A stretch of 64,000 nucleotides of DNA from an uncultured Verrucomicrobia subdivision 3 bacterium (GCA_903865745.1 CAIPKV010000078.1:12649-76648), one strand, 5' to 3'; numbered from the stretch's first letter, positions 1 to 11,116 are shown. The notes: generated from the letters alone by a model not told the origin. A program made the numbers and translations.

Positions 1-164
1 CACCAATGATCCAGCGCCCACCATCAAACCGCCGGCTAAGCCCCCTAAACCTTCGTATAAACAACTCATTAATAACTATATACGCCTGAATCTAATGAAC
101 TGGCACCTGAAGATAGCCGGCGCGCCCACAATTCACCCTCAATTCACCCTAGTTGGCGCCCACC

Positions 165-764
165 TCAGGGAGAAATTTTTTCGTGACGCGAGGGATGGCC
201 ATGCCACTTAAGCAGTACGCCAACGAAAGTTGCGTCCAAGCGCGAACTGAATACTTCCACAAAGGAATAGCCCCGTTTCACCGCCACCCAGAGTGAAGTG
301 AAGAAGAGCGCGATGAAAATGGTTTGGTTCTGCCAGCCGTCCAGCTTCCACTGATATTTACAAAACCAAATGGGATGCCGGAACAGGGGCTCGGAATAAC
401 AGATCGGCCAGAGGTCGCAGATTTCCGGCCCGCGCGAGCCAAAGTAATCACACAGCAGATGCAAGTGAAAGGTAAGCAGGCAGAGCAGCAACACCCGCTG
501 CCGTTGCTGGGCATAAAGCGCAAATAGTATTGAAACCACCAAGGCCGCCGGCCAGCCGTGCATCAGCACATGATGATACGTTTGGTAATAATGGTACGTG
601 CACGCTTGGCCGGAAATCCACGAACCCACCACGTCGGGAATCACGCCCAGCCCATCGATGTCCGGTACCACGCCGGCCCAGGTCACCAGTTTGCGGTCTC
701 GCGGATTATTGGTCGTGGCTGTAGCCACCAGCCAGCTGCCAACGAGATGCGTGAGCGGCGACAT
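165..764 (-). CDS. Metal-dependent hydrolase-like inner-membrane protein (YdjM/LexA-binding family)
   Basis: N-terminal TH motif, PDIDG, HHVLMH and HLHLLCD metal-binding motifs, several hydrophobic helices. Confidence 0.7.
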   Translation of the reverse strand: MSPLTHLVGSWLVATATTNNPRDRKLVTWAGVVPDIDGLGVIPDVVGSWISGQACTYHYYQTYHHVLMHGWPAALVVSILFALYAQQRQRVLLLCLLTFHLHLLCDYFGSRGPEICDLWPICYSEPLFRHPIWFCKYQWKLDGWQNQTIFIALFFTSLWVAVKRGYSFVEVFSSRLDATFVGVLLKWHGHPSRHEKISP

Positions 765-775
765 TCAGCGGAGCT

Positions 776-2713
776 TTACTTGATGGGCGTCAGTTGCGCG
801 ACGTAGCCGCCGGCGGGGAGCAGCGTTAACTGCAACGTGCTCTTGGCGTCCACGGTCTGCTGGTCGGCTTTGACGGCGGTGTAATCCGCGCCGTCCGGCT
901 GGTCCGCAAAGCCATTCAGCGCCCAGCGCTTTTTACCCAGAAAATCCAGCGGCACGGTCAGCGTCGCGGCGTCATCACCATTCATCGCGGCCACATACCA
1001 GCGCGGGCCGGCGCGCCGCGCGATGACGATGGTCTTGGCCACATCGGCATTCAACACCACGGTTTCATCCCACACGGTGGGGAGGTTGCGGAAGAATTCC
1101 ACACCGGGCTGGCCGCGATAATTCGCCGGGCTGTCGCACAGGACCAGCAGCGGGCTGGGATAAATAACGGTCATCGCGAGCTACCGCGCCCGCGTGCCCA
1201 TGACTTGCGCGGGATAGGTGGTCTGGAAATCAGCGGGCTTACGATTCACAAAGCCGCCCGGGGTAAAATCCATCGGCCCCAGCAGCGCGCGCGTGAATGG
1301 CAGCGTGATGGTGTGCAGCGGGTTGCATTTGTTGCCGCGCAGTTTGTTATATTCGTTGCCCATGACGCCTTCCTGCGTGATGAAGTTGGGATAGGTCCGC
1401 GCAAGTCCGGTCGGTTTATACGCGCCGTGGAAATCAACCATCAGGTGGTAATGGGCGGCCACTTTTAGCGCGGCTTCGTACCATTGCACGGTCTCCTGGC
1501 TGTCGCTGTTCATGAAATCCACTTTCACGCCCGCCACGCCCCAGCTGGCCATGGTGGAAAAAACTTTCTCAAAGCCGACTTTGGTCAAATCGCGCGAGTG
1601 CATCCAGATGAAGAGTTTCACGCCGTGCGCCCGGGCGTAGGCCAGCACCTCGGGCATGTTCATGTGGGGTTCCGGCACCGTGGGATCGCGCTTATACCAA
1701 TTCCAATCCATGAGCTGATACGGCCAACCCATCTCGGCGGCGAAGTCGATGTACGCTTTTTCCGAGACGGTATCGCCGCGCGCCTGCACGGCGGTGTATT
1801 GCGGTAGATTCGTATTCACGCCGGTCCACCACGGGTCCCACGCGCAGACGCCGGGCTTGACCCACGGCAAATCGCCAAGCTGGTTGGGTGTGGCGAGATT
1901 CGCGATGAGGTCGGAATTAATCAAGTCCGCCGGCGTGCGCCCAATCATCAGGACGCGCCACGGACTGACGCGCGGCACCGCGGAAACAACGAGGCCTTTT
2001 TTATCTTTGCGCGGCGCGAGTTTGACCCCGACATTTTCCGAGCCGGTGCCGGTGCTGAACATGCCCGCCCAATCCCGCAAATCGGCTTCGGTCACGGCGA
2101 CGTAAGCCGCGGGCGTGGCCACCAGCAGGGGCAGGGTGTTTTCCTGGCCGGGCGGAATGGTGCTGAGCGTGGCTTCGGGGTAATGATTCTCAGCGCAACT
2201 GGATGGCTCGCCGTACCAGCAGCGGTCATCGCCGGTGAAATGAAATTCGGTCAGCTCGTTGGTCAGCACGAAATGGCCGAGCTTGGACGCCACCGGCAAA
2301 TCGTAGCGGAACGCGACGCCATCGTCGTAGGCGCGCACAATCAGGCCGAACGTGCGGTCGGCCTCGGACAATGTCAGGCGCAATTCGCGCCAGTGGTCGC
2401 GCACTTCCAGGCGCTTGCCGAAATGATTTTCCCACGTGCCATTGTGCCGCGCGGTTTTGGTTTTGGTGATGGTGGCCGTCGGGCCGAGCCGGGTGCCGTC
2501 CTGAAATTCCAGGCCCAGCCGCGAATCGTCCAGCACCGGTTTGGCCGCCAGCTCGACGCGATAATGCAAGCCGCCTTGATCCGAGACCAAGACGGTCAGC
2601 TGACCATCAGGCGAAGTCAGCCGCGCGTCGGTCGCAGGCAGCGTCGGCGTGCTGGTGTACAAAAACCCCGCCGCGAGCAGGAGGGGTGCGTGGAAATAGG
2701 GCTTTAAGTTCAT
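776..2713 (-). pseudogene. Glycoside hydrolase family 97 (alpha-glucosidase/alpha-galactosidase) interrupted by one in-frame TAG at 1181-1183
   Basis: ORF 1181..2794 (likely start ATG at 2713, signal peptide) has GH97 motifs GVKVDF, DFHGAYKPTGLARTYPN, EGVMGNE and GPMDFTPG. It continues in frame (GTRAR*LAMTVIYPSPL) into ORF 776..1174, the GH97 C-terminal domain. Confidence 0.8.
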
Positions 2714-2864
2714 GGTGAGATTTCGGCCGATTGAATAACACAGCGGGCAGCTGCTGTCAGGTATTTTACGATTGCGCCACGCCTCTGACATCACGGCGAT
2801 AATATTTCCCGGGGTGGTAAGATCGCAGGCTGACGACTGAGGGATTGCGGCGCGGGCGGTTATA

Positions 2865-3920
2865 TTATTTCAAACCCTGCGCGCGCCGTAAGTCGCCGAT
2901 TTCCTTGAGCCGGGCCACGAAGGCATCGGCAATCCGGCCGGCGCGGTTGGGGCCGACATCGAGCAGATAGTTCGCCTGACGGTCGTTGCACTTGTTGAGC
3001 GCGCCGACCACGTCAGCCGCGCTGCGGAGGTGGGTTTCAAGCCCGGGCTGCCAGAACCAATTACCACTGTTCACGATGGTATCGCACACCTCCGAGGGCA
3101 CGGTGTTGGTAACCGGGGGGAAACCCTTCTCATTTTTGTAGATCGGGTATTCGTAACTGTAGATATCCGTTTCGCTCAACTTGTGGGAGTTGTTGGCGAT
3201 GACCAGACAGTTAGGCTGGAGCTGGTGGATGAGCGCCTTGAGGTCGGCCCACTCTTTCGTCTTAAGTTTCACCTTGTATTGATCACACCAGATTAGATCA
3301 ATCGGACCGTAACGGGTGAGCAGCTCGGTGAATTCCTGGCGCATGCAGCCCGCGTAGTCGCCCTGCGCTTCGGGCGGCATGCCATGGAGGGAGGGCTGGT
3401 TCGTCGGCAACGTGTTGCCGTAACGATTGTCGTAATTGCCGGGCGCACAATAATAGAAGCCGACCTTGAGGCCGCGCGCGCGGAAGGCGTCCACGAACTC
3501 GCGGACCACGTCGCCCTGGCCGTTCTTGAAATTCTTGAAGGCGGTGATGTCGTGCGTGGTGCCGGCACTATCCCACAACGGATAACCTTCGGTATGCTTC
3601 ACGGTCAGCACGGCGTATTTCATGCCGGCCGCCTGGGCGGCCTCGGCCCACTGCCCGCAATCAAGATTGGTCGGGGCGAACGTGAGCGGATCCTCATAGC
3701 CATTGGCCCATTCCTGACCATTGAACGTCGCGATGTTGAAGTGCAGGAATAATCCGAATTTCCAACTCAGAAAATCCGCCTGCAACTGGGCGAGCGGCTT
3801 CACCGCTGCCGCCGCCGGGTCGGGGTTTTCCGCATATCCCGAACTGACGAGACCCAACAGCAGCCCAACGATGGACCAGACCTTAAGATTCCGCGTGAGC
3901 TTTGAGATAATATTGTGCAC
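2865..3920 (-). CDS. Alpha-L-fucosidase (GH29), secreted
   Basis: KFGLFLHF, WAEAAQAAGMKYAVLTVKHTEGYPLW, GLKVGFYY and LLDVGPN motifs; signal peptide. Confidence 0.85.
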   Translation of the reverse strand: MHNIISKLTRNLKVWSIVGLLLGLVSSGYAENPDPAAAAVKPLAQLQADFLSWKFGLFLHFNIATFNGQEWANGYEDPLTFAPTNLDCGQWAEAAQAAGMKYAVLTVKHTEGYPLWDSAGTTHDITAFKNFKNGQGDVVREFVDAFRARGLKVGFYYCAPGNYDNRYGNTLPTNQPSLHGMPPEAQGDYAGCMRQEFTELLTRYGPIDLIWCDQYKVKLKTKEWADLKALIHQLQPNCLVIANNSHKLSETDIYSYEYPIYKNEKGFPPVTNTVPSEVCDTIVNSGNWFWQPGLETHLRSAADVVGALNKCNDRQANYLLDVGPNRAGRIADAFVARLKEIGDLRRAQGLK

Positions 3921-3935
3921 AGCCAGACCTGAGAT

Positions 3936-6257
3936 TTACGCCATGGCGCGGGCGATACTGTTCCACCAGGCGTCGTGCAGTTCGGTGAGCGGGGCGGAGA
4001 ATTCACCGCTGGCTGTCTTCACGGTCAGCGTGTCGCCACCAACTTTGCCAATCTGCACGGCGGGCACGCCCATGAGCTTGGCGCGTTCGACGACTTTTAC
4101 CGCTTCCACGGCTTTGCAACTGATGACGATGCGCGACTGGGTTTCGCCAAAGAGCAAGGCGTCGAGACGCACATCTTTCAGCGCGGACAGATCAATGGTC
4201 GCACCAATCAAGCGCGGAGTGTCACGGGCGATGAGTTGCGAAATGCAGCTCTCGGCGAGCGCGACGGCGAGGCCGCCCTCGCTGCAATCGTGCGCGCTCT
4301 TCACGAGCCCGGAGTGAATCAGGCCGATGAGCGTGGTGTGCAGCGTCTTCGCCACTTCGAGGTCGCAGCGCGGCGGTGAACCGTTCTTCTGACCATGAAT
4401 GACTTGCAGATACGCACTGCCGCCCAGGCCAAGAATCGGGTCGGTGGTGTCCACGGCGTCGCCGAGCAGGATGATGGCGTCGCCCGCGTCCTTGAACCAT
4501 TGGGTGGTGACGTGCTCCGGTTTGTCGATGAGGCCGACGACGGAAATCGTGGGCGTGGGGTCAATCGGACCAGCGGGGCTTTGATTGTACAGCGAGCAAT
4601 TGCCGCCGGTGACGGGGGCGTTGAAGGCTTTGCAACCTTCGGCCAGACCGCGCACGGATTCCTTGATTTGCCAGAACAGCTCGGGCTTGAGCGGGCTGGG
4701 CATGTTGAGATTGTCCGTGGCGCCGAGCGGCAAGGCGCCGGAGCAAGCGAGATTGCGGCAGGCCTCAGCGACGGCGCTCTTGGCGCCTTCGTAAGGGTCG
4801 AGATAGACGTAGCCACCGTTGCAATCCACGGTCATGGCAATCAATTTGTCCGGCACCGGCTTGCCAGCGACTTGCGCCGCCAGCTCGGCGGTCATCACGG
4901 GCAGCGAATCGGCCTTGATGCGAATGACGGCGGCGTCGCTGCCGGGTAGTACAACGGAGCCATCGCGCACTTGATGATCGTATTGGCGATAGACCCAGTT
5001 CTTGGACGCAATGCTCGGCCACGCAAGCAGCTTCTTCAAATTGTCAGCGGGCGATGTGGTATCGGCAATGCCATCGAGGCGGAAGGCGCGGACGGCTTTG
5101 AGATAGGCGGGCTCCACGGCTTCGCGCTGATAGACGGGCGATTCATCGGCAATCTTCTTCGCGGGAATATCCACGACGAGTTTGCCACCGTGACGCACTT
5201 TCATGTGGCCGGTGTCGGTGATGATGCCAATCTCGGACCACGGCAAATCCCACTTGTCGAAGATGCGCTTCACTTCCTCTTCGCGGCCCTTGTGGACGAC
5301 GATGAGCATGCGCTCCTGCGATTCCGAGAGCATGATTTCGTAGCTGCTCATGTTCGGTGCGCGCTGCGGAACCTTGTCGAGTTCGATCTCGATGCCGGTG
5401 CTGGCGCGCGCGGCCATTTCGCACGTGGAGCAGGTCAAGCCCGCCGCGCCCATGTCCTGCATACCCGCGACCGCGCCGGTGGCGAGGAGTTCGAGACAGG
5501 CTTCGCACACGAGCTTTTCCATGAAGGGATCGCCCACCTGCACCGCGCCGCGCTGTTGCTCGGCGGATTCCTCGGTTAAATCCTGCGAAGCAAAGGCCGC
5601 CCCCGCGAGGCCGTCGCGACCGGTGGCCGGGCCGACGTAGAACACGGGATTGCCCACACCCTTGGCCGCGCCGCGCGTGATCTGTTCGTGGCGCAGCACG
5701 CCGAGGCAGAAGGCGTTCACGAGCGGATTGCCCTGGTAGGTCTTGTCGAAGTACACCTCGCCCGCCACAGTGGGGATGCCGAAGCAATTGCCGTAATGCG
5801 CGATGCCGCTGACGACGCCGCTGAATAAACGGCGCACGGTGGGATCAGAAAGTTCGCCAAAGCGCAGGGAATTGACCGCGCAAACGGGCCGCGCACCCAT
5901 CGTAAAAATGTCGCGCACAATGCCGCCGACGCCGGTGGTCGCGCCCTGAAACGGCTCGACGGCGCTCGGATGGTTGTGCGATTCGATCTTGAAGGCGATG
6001 GCGATGCCGTCGCCAATATCAATGATGCCGGCGTTTTCCTCACCCGCGCCCACGAGAATCTTGGGCGACTTGGTGGGGAAGGTTTTGAGCAGCGGCTTGG
6101 TGTTCTTGTAGCTGCAATGCTCGCTCCACATCACGGAAAAAATGCCGAGCTCGGTGTAGCTGGGCGTGCGGCCGAGGATGGCCACGGCGTGCGCATATTC
6201 TTCAGGCGTGAGGTTGTGCTTGGCAACCAACTCGGGGGTAATGGCGGGTTCGGTCAT
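3936..6257 (-). CDS. purL: Phosphoribosylformylglycinamidine synthase subunit PurL
   Basis: [32 protein letters not shown] and HDCSEGG motifs; operon with purQ and purS. Confidence 0.97.
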   Translation of the reverse strand: MTEPAITPELVAKHNLTPEEYAHAVAILGRTPSYTELGIFSVMWSEHCSYKNTKPLLKTFPTKSPKILVGAGEENAGIIDIGDGIAIAFKIESHNHPSAVEPFQGATTGVGGIVRDIFTMGARPVCAVNSLRFGELSDPTVRRLFSGVVSGIAHYGNCFGIPTVAGEVYFDKTYQGNPLVNAFCLGVLRHEQITRGAAKGVGNPVFYVGPATGRDGLAGAAFASQDLTEESAEQQRGAVQVGDPFMEKLVCEACLELLATGAVAGMQDMGAAGLTCSTCEMAARASTGIEIELDKVPQRAPNMSSYEIMLSESQERMLIVVHKGREEEVKRIFDKWDLPWSEIGIITDTGHMKVRHGGKLVVDIPAKKIADESPVYQREAVEPAYLKAVRAFRLDGIADTTSPADNLKKLLAWPSIASKNWVYRQYDHQVRDGSVVLPGSDAAVIRIKADSLPVMTAELAAQVAGKPVPDKLIAMTVDCNGGYVYLDPYEGAKSAVAEACRNLACSGALPLGATDNLNMPSPLKPELFWQIKESVRGLAEGCKAFNAPVTGGNCSLYNQSPAGPIDPTPTISVVGLIDKPEHVTTQWFKDAGDAIILLGDAVDTTDPILGLGGSAYLQVIHGQKNGSPPRCDLEVAKTLHTTLIGLIHSGLVKSAHDCSEGGLAVALAESCISQLIARDTPRLIGATIDLSALKDVRLDALLFGETQSRIVISCKAVEAVKVVERAKLMGVPAVQIGKVGGDTLTVKTASGEFSAPLTELHDAWWNSIARAMA

Positions 6258-6269
6258 CGGAGAAATTGT

Positions 6270-6980
6270 TTAAGCCGCTTGCGCGACGGGTTTGTTCTTC
6301 AGCGCGGCGAAGATGCTTTCGAAAATCCATTTGCCATCGTCACTGCCGAGCAGTGTTTCGCAGGCGCGTTCGGGATGCGGCATGAGACCGGCGACGTTGC
6401 GCTGGTCATTGCAGATGCCGGCGATGTTTTGTAACGCGCCATTGGGATTCGCGCTGTCGGTGAGGTTGCCGTCCTGGTCGCAATATTGCCACAAGATTTG
6501 ATTATTGGCTTTCAACTTCGCGAGCGTGGCTTCATCCGCAAAGTAGCAGCCTTCACCGTGGGCGATGGGCACGCGGAGGATTTTTCCCGCCGGAATCTTA
6601 TTGGTGAACGGGGAATCGATGGTGGCCGTCTTGAGAAAGATGTTTTCGCAATGGAACTGCAAATCGCGATTGCGGATCAGCGCCCCGGGCAGCAGACCAG
6701 CCTCGGTGAGGACTTGGAAACCATTGCAGATACCAAGGACGAGGCCGCCGTTGTCGGCGAACTGCTTGACGGCCTGCATCACGGGACTGAACCGCGCAAT
6801 GGCGCCGCAGCGCAAATAATCGCCGTAACTGAATCCGCCAGGCACGATGACGCAGTCGGTGTCGCCGAGCGAGGCGTCCTTGTGCCAGACGAGGCGCGCG
6901 GAATGGCCAAGCAAACGGACGGCGTGGACGGCGTCCTGGTCGCAGTTGCTGGCGGGGAATTGGAGGACGGCAAAGTTCAT
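6270..6980 (-). CDS. purQ: FGAM synthase glutaminase subunit PurQ
   Basis: PGGFSYGDYLR, GICNGFQ and MPHPER motifs. Confidence 0.97.
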   Translation of the reverse strand: MNFAVLQFPASNCDQDAVHAVRLLGHSARLVWHKDASLGDTDCVIVPGGFSYGDYLRCGAIARFSPVMQAVKQFADNGGLVLGICNGFQVLTEAGLLPGALIRNRDLQFHCENIFLKTATIDSPFTNKIPAGKILRVPIAHGEGCYFADEATLAKLKANNQILWQYCDQDGNLTDSANPNGALQNIAGICNDQRNVAGLMPHPERACETLLGSDDGKWIFESIFAALKNKPVAQAA

Positions 6981-6983
6981 TTT

Positions 6984-7061
6984 GATTTAGGATTCACGAT
7001 TTAAGATTTACGCGTCGAAAGGCTGTAGCCGCTCGTCCATCGTAAATCGCATATCGTAAAT
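6984..7061. repeat. Inverted heptamer micro-repeat element between purS and purQ
   Basis: GATTTAG GATTCAC GATTTAA GATTTAC (6984-7011), then the inverted ATCGTAA ATCGCAT ATCGTAA (7039-7059). Confidence 0.7.
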
Positions 7062-7064
7062 GCT

Positions 7065-7307
7065 TTATTCGATTTCGAGCTTGTAGTCTTCGATCACGGG
7101 GTTGCTCAACAATTTGAAGGCGGCGTCATTCAAGGCTTTATGCGCAGCGGCTTTATCGGTGCCGGGCGCGAGGTCGATCTCAATGTATTTGCCGATGTGC
7201 ACGCCGGTGACATCGGTGTAACCCATGTGGGCGAGGGCGGTCTGAACGGTTTTGCCCTGCGGATCGAGCACGGCTTTCTTCGGAGTAATGATGATTTTGG
7301 CTTTCAT
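7065..7307 (-). CDS. purS: FGAM synthase subunit PurS
   Basis: MKAKIIITPKKAVLDPQG...LLSNPVIEDY; ATG at 7307. Confidence 0.95.
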   Translation of the reverse strand: MKAKIIITPKKAVLDPQGKTVQTALAHMGYTDVTGVHIGKYIEIDLAPGTDKAAAHKALNDAAFKLLSNPVIEDYKLEIE

Positions 7308-7499
7308 GCTTGCGCTCGAAAATTTTGCGGAAAGAAGCCAGCGGAAGCGAGCCAAAAAAGGTTATCGTGTGAGTTTGTGGCATGAACTTGGACTGGTTTC
7401 AGACGCAACCACCAGCGCCACCAGTCTTTTTATGCGGTTTTCATTAACAAGCCATAAGTGGAGTTGAAATTCGCCGGCGTTTGGGCGAAAGTTGCGGCC

Positions 7500-9047
7500 A
7501 TGCGAATCTTGAATTCACCGAATAAGGCCGGCGGCAACGGCGACCGTAAGAGCCTGGAGGCCTGTTCCATCGTCATCTTCGGCGCGAGCGGCGACCTGAC
7601 CGCGCGCAAGCTGATCCCCGCGCTCTATCACCTGTTCAAGGATAAGCTGATGCCGGAGACGTTTCGCGTCATCGGCTTCGCGCGCCGTGAAAAGACCGAC
7701 GCCTCGTGGCGCACGGAGCTGCGTGCGGCGCTCGACCAGTTTTCCCGCACCAAACCGGTGGACGGAAAAGTCTGGGCGGCCTTCGCCGAAAACATTTTTT
7801 ATTGCGTCGGCGACCTGACCGACAAGGCGGCCTACGCCAAACTTGGCAAACAGTTGGAATCGTTCGGCAATCCGGCGTTGCGCGACAACCTGCTCTTCTA
7901 TCTGGCAATTTCACCCAGCCAGTTCGGCGAAGTAGTCGAGCAGGTGCATTGCTCCCAGCTCTTGAAACGCGACGGCCCGGGCTGGCAGCGGCTCGTCGTC
8001 GAGAAACCGTTCGGCCACGACCTCGCTTCAGCTGAGGCGCTCAACCGCGAATTGACACGCTATGCGCACGAGCGGCAGGTGTTTCGCATTGACCATTATC
8101 TGGGTAAGGAAACGGTGCAGAACATTCTGATGTTCCGCTTTTCTAATTCCATTTTCGAACGCCTGTGGAACCGCGAATCTGTCGATTCTGTCCAGATCAC
8201 CGTCAGCGAAAAGATTGGGGTCGGTGACCGCGGCGGCTATTACGAGGAGGCTGGCGCGCTGCGCGACATGGTGCAGAACCACATGCTGCAAGTGCTTTCG
8301 CTCATCGCGATGGAACCGCCGGTGTCGCTCGAAGCCGAAGCCGTGCGTGACGAAAAGGTGAAACTACTTAAATCCATTCGTCCGTTATCTGTGGAAGATG
8401 TCGCAAAACAAATCGTGCGCGGCCAATACTTCGCCGGCGCCGTTAACGGCGAGCCGCGGCCCGGTTACCGTCAGGAAGTCAAAGTGAAGCCTGACTCGAA
8501 CGTTGAGACTTTTGTCGCTTTGAAGCTGCTCATAGATAATTGGCGTTGGAGTGGCGTGCCGTTTTATCTGCGCACGGGCAAAAACCTGCCGCAGAGCGCG
8601 AGCGAAGTGCGGATTCAGTTCCGCCCGACGCCGAATGTGTTGTTCGCCGCGCAATGCGGTTCGCACCTCGACGCCAACGCGCTGACTTTGCGCCTGCAAC
8701 CGAACGAAGGCATTTCGCTTCACTTCAACGGCAAGGTGCCTGGCACCACATTGGGCGTGCGGCCGGTGCGGATGCATTTTAGTTACAACGCCGAGTTCGG
8801 CGCCTATACGCCCGAAGCCTATGAGCGCCTACTGTTGGAGGCTATTGCCGGAGACGCGACGCTCTTCATCCGCCGCGACGAAGTCGAGACCGCGTGGAAG
8901 ATCGCCGACTCCATCCGCACGGGTTGGGAAAACAAGCCGCTCACGAACCGCGAGTTTTATGCCGCCGGCACCTGGGGGCCGATTGCCGCCGATGACCTGC
9001 TGGCACAAACCGGCCACGAATGGCATGAACCGCAGGTCATCAACTAA
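7500..9047 (+). CDS. zwf: Glucose-6-phosphate 1-dehydrogenase
   Basis: IFGASGDL, EKPFG, RIDHYLGKE and NWRWSGVPFYLRTGK motifs. Confidence 0.97.
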   Translation: MRILNSPNKAGGNGDRKSLEACSIVIFGASGDLTARKLIPALYHLFKDKLMPETFRVIGFARREKTDASWRTELRAALDQFSRTKPVDGKVWAAFAENIFYCVGDLTDKAAYAKLGKQLESFGNPALRDNLLFYLAISPSQFGEVVEQVHCSQLLKRDGPGWQRLVVEKPFGHDLASAEALNRELTRYAHERQVFRIDHYLGKETVQNILMFRFSNSIFERLWNRESVDSVQITVSEKIGVGDRGGYYEEAGALRDMVQNHMLQVLSLIAMEPPVSLEAEAVRDEKVKLLKSIRPLSVEDVAKQIVRGQYFAGAVNGEPRPGYRQEVKVKPDSNVETFVALKLLIDNWRWSGVPFYLRTGKNLPQSASEVRIQFRPTPNVLFAAQCGSHLDANALTLRLQPNEGISLHFNGKVPGTTLGVRPVRMHFSYNAEFGAYTPEAYERLLLEAIAGDATLFIRRDEVETAWKIADSIRTGWENKPLTNREFYAAGTWGPIAADDLLAQTGHEWHEPQVIN

Positions 9048-9056
9048 GGTAGCTTC

Positions 9057-9674
9057 ATGAAAACCAAACTGCGGCTCGGCGCCTTACTGGCGCTATTAAT
9101 ATCGACCTCTGTCTTTGCCCAGCCGGCCACTAGCGAAAAATGCAGCGCGTTGCAAAACGCCCTTATCCTGATTATTCGCCATGCCGAAAAGCCAGCCAGC
9201 GGCTACGGACTATCCGCCACCGGCCAAGCACGGGCGGCGGCATACGGGGATTATTTTAAGAACTTCACCAACACGGCGGACGGCCAGCCGTTGAAGATAA
9301 ATTACATTTTTGCCGCCGCTGATACCGAGAAGAGCCATCGCCCTCGCCTTACCATTGAACCGACTAGTAAAGCGTTGGGAATCGCGATTGATAGCCGGTT
9401 TAAGGATAAAAATCCCCAAGCCTTGGCGAATGAAATACACGCCAAACCGCACGGCACGGAGATTTTAATCGCGTGGCATCATGGCGAAATCCCCGCATTG
9501 ATGCGAGCGCTTGGTGCTGATCCAGCAACCGTCATCCCGAAAGCTAAATGGCCGGACAACGTATTCGGCTGGGTGATTGAACTGCACTACGATGCCGACG
9601 GACGCCTGGCGGAAGCCACCCGTATCAACGAAAAGCTGATGCCGGATGACTCAGCTGGGCATGCGGAAGAATAA
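9057..9674 (+). CDS. Secreted histidine-phosphatase-superfamily protein
   Basis: Signal peptide; LIIRHAEKP and IAWHHG motifs. Confidence 0.65.
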   Translation: MKTKLRLGALLALLISTSVFAQPATSEKCSALQNALILIIRHAEKPASGYGLSATGQARAAAYGDYFKNFTNTADGQPLKINYIFAAADTEKSHRPRLTIEPTSKALGIAIDSRFKDKNPQALANEIHAKPHGTEILIAWHHGEIPALMRALGADPATVIPKAKWPDNVFGWVIELHYDADGRLAEATRINEKLMPDDSAGHAEE

Positions 9675-9857
9675 CTGTAGCATTTCTGGGCAAAAGTGTC
9701 CCCATTCTAAACACCTTCTTCTAGTGCCTCCAAAAAATTTAAAGCAGTTCGTTTTAACTTGTAACCAAACGGTTAATTAGGTATCTATTAAGGCGTCAGT
9801 AACGGTAAGTTTTTTGATAATTTATTGAACCTTTTTCCGGCAGCAGCGTCGGAGTAT

Positions 9858-10030
9858 ATGTTGATTGAAGATTTCGCTGTCCGTTTAGGGTTGGCATAGA
9901 GGTTTTGCTTGCGGCGCGGCTCGGACAGCGACCCCAAGTTGGTCGCGTCGCCCTTCTGAGCGCCTGAGTGAAGGCGTATTTAACCTCATCACTACAAAGG
10001 CCGGACGCAAGTCCGGCCTTTCGCTTTTAT
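9858..10030 (+). ncRNA. Candidate structured small RNA or leader ending in an intrinsic terminator
   Basis: 10-bp stem TCGCTGTCCG (9874-83) / CGGACAGCGA (9922-31), further hairpins, terminator at 9996-10021, ECF-like promoter upstream; no family recognised. Confidence 0.45.
9996..10030 (+). terminator. Rho-independent terminator
   Basis: AAAGGCCGGAC-GCAA-GTCCGGCCTTT followed by CGCTTTTAT. Confidence 0.8.
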
Positions 10031-10097
10031 ACTGGCAGCTTTGTCAGCCTGAATTCCGCATTGATTACCCGCTCAAAGCGATTAAAATCTCCAACGC

Positions 10098-11114
10098 ATG
10101 AAACATCGGCTCGACTTCGAAAAGCCTATCCTCGAATTACAGTCCAAGCTCGAAGAACTTCGCGAGCATCCGGAGAAACATTCGTTGGGCATTAGCTTTG
10201 AGGAGGAAATCCAGATCATTGAGAAAAAGATTGAGGAAACTCGTCGGCAAATCTTCTTGAATCTCACGCCTTGGCAACGCGTCCAGCTCGCGCGCCATCC
10301 GCGCCGACCTTACACGCTCGATTATTTCGAAACGACTTTCACCGATTTTCAGGAACTGCACGGCGACCGGCTCTTTGCTGAGGACCGCGCGATGGTTGGC
10401 GGTTTTGCCCGGCTGGCTGGACATCATGTGCTGGTCATCGGCACGCAGAAAGGCCGCGACACCAAGGAAAACATCCTGCGCAACTTCGGTTCCGCCCACC
10501 CTGAAGGCTATCGCAAGGCACTCCGTCTGATGCAGCTCGCGAACAAGTTCGGCCTGCCCATCATCACCTTGATTGATACGGCGGGCGCGTATCCCGGCGT
10601 CGGCGCGGAAGAACGCCACATTTCTGAAGCCATCGCCGTCAACCTGCGCGAAATGACTTTGCTCGAAGTACCCATCATCACTGCTGTCATTGGCGAAGGC
10701 GGTTCCGGTGGCGCGCTGGGCATTGGCGTCGCGGATCGCGTTTTGATTTTAGAAAACGCCTACTATTCCGTCATCAGCCCGGAGGGTTGCGCCGCCATCT
10801 TGTGGAAAGACCGCGCCAATGCCGCCAAGGCCGCTGCCGCGCTGCGCATCACTGCGAAAGATCTGCTGGAGCTTAAGCTCGTGGATGAAATTGTGCCTGA
10901 GCCGCTGGGCGGCGCGCACACCGACCCGGCTGCCATCGCGGCGACCTTGAAAACCCACCTCGTGAAGCATCTTGAAGAGATTCTCGCGCTCCCCGTGTCC
11001 GAGCGCCTGAAACAGCGCTACGCAAAATTCCGCGCTCACGGCCATTTCGTCGAGAAGACCGAGAACGCCGCTGAAATGAAGCCGGCTAAATCAGTCGAAC
11101 CCGTCGCCGCCTGA
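10098..11114 (+). CDS. accA: Acetyl-CoA carboxylase carboxyltransferase alpha subunit
   Basis: LDFEKPI, ARHPRRP, ELHGDR and GEGGSGGALG motifs. Confidence 0.97.
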   Translation: MKHRLDFEKPILELQSKLEELREHPEKHSLGISFEEEIQIIEKKIEETRRQIFLNLTPWQRVQLARHPRRPYTLDYFETTFTDFQELHGDRLFAEDRAMVGGFARLAGHHVLVIGTQKGRDTKENILRNFGSAHPEGYRKALRLMQLANKFGLPIITLIDTAGAYPGVGAEERHISEAIAVNLREMTLLEVPIITAVIGEGGSGGALGIGVADRVLILENAYYSVISPEGCAAILWKDRANAAKAAAALRITAKDLLELKLVDEIVPEPLGGAHTDPAAIAATLKTHLVKHLEEILALPVSERLKQRYAKFRAHGHFVEKTENAAEMKPAKSVEPVAA

Positions 11115-11116
11115 CC

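Noticed and set aside
1181-1183. Pyrrolysine or stop-codon reassignment to explain the GH97 TAG
   Set aside because: Other genes in the window end normally at TAG (ABC-F, DUF4236, thioesterase), and no pyl genes or suppressor tRNA are seen.
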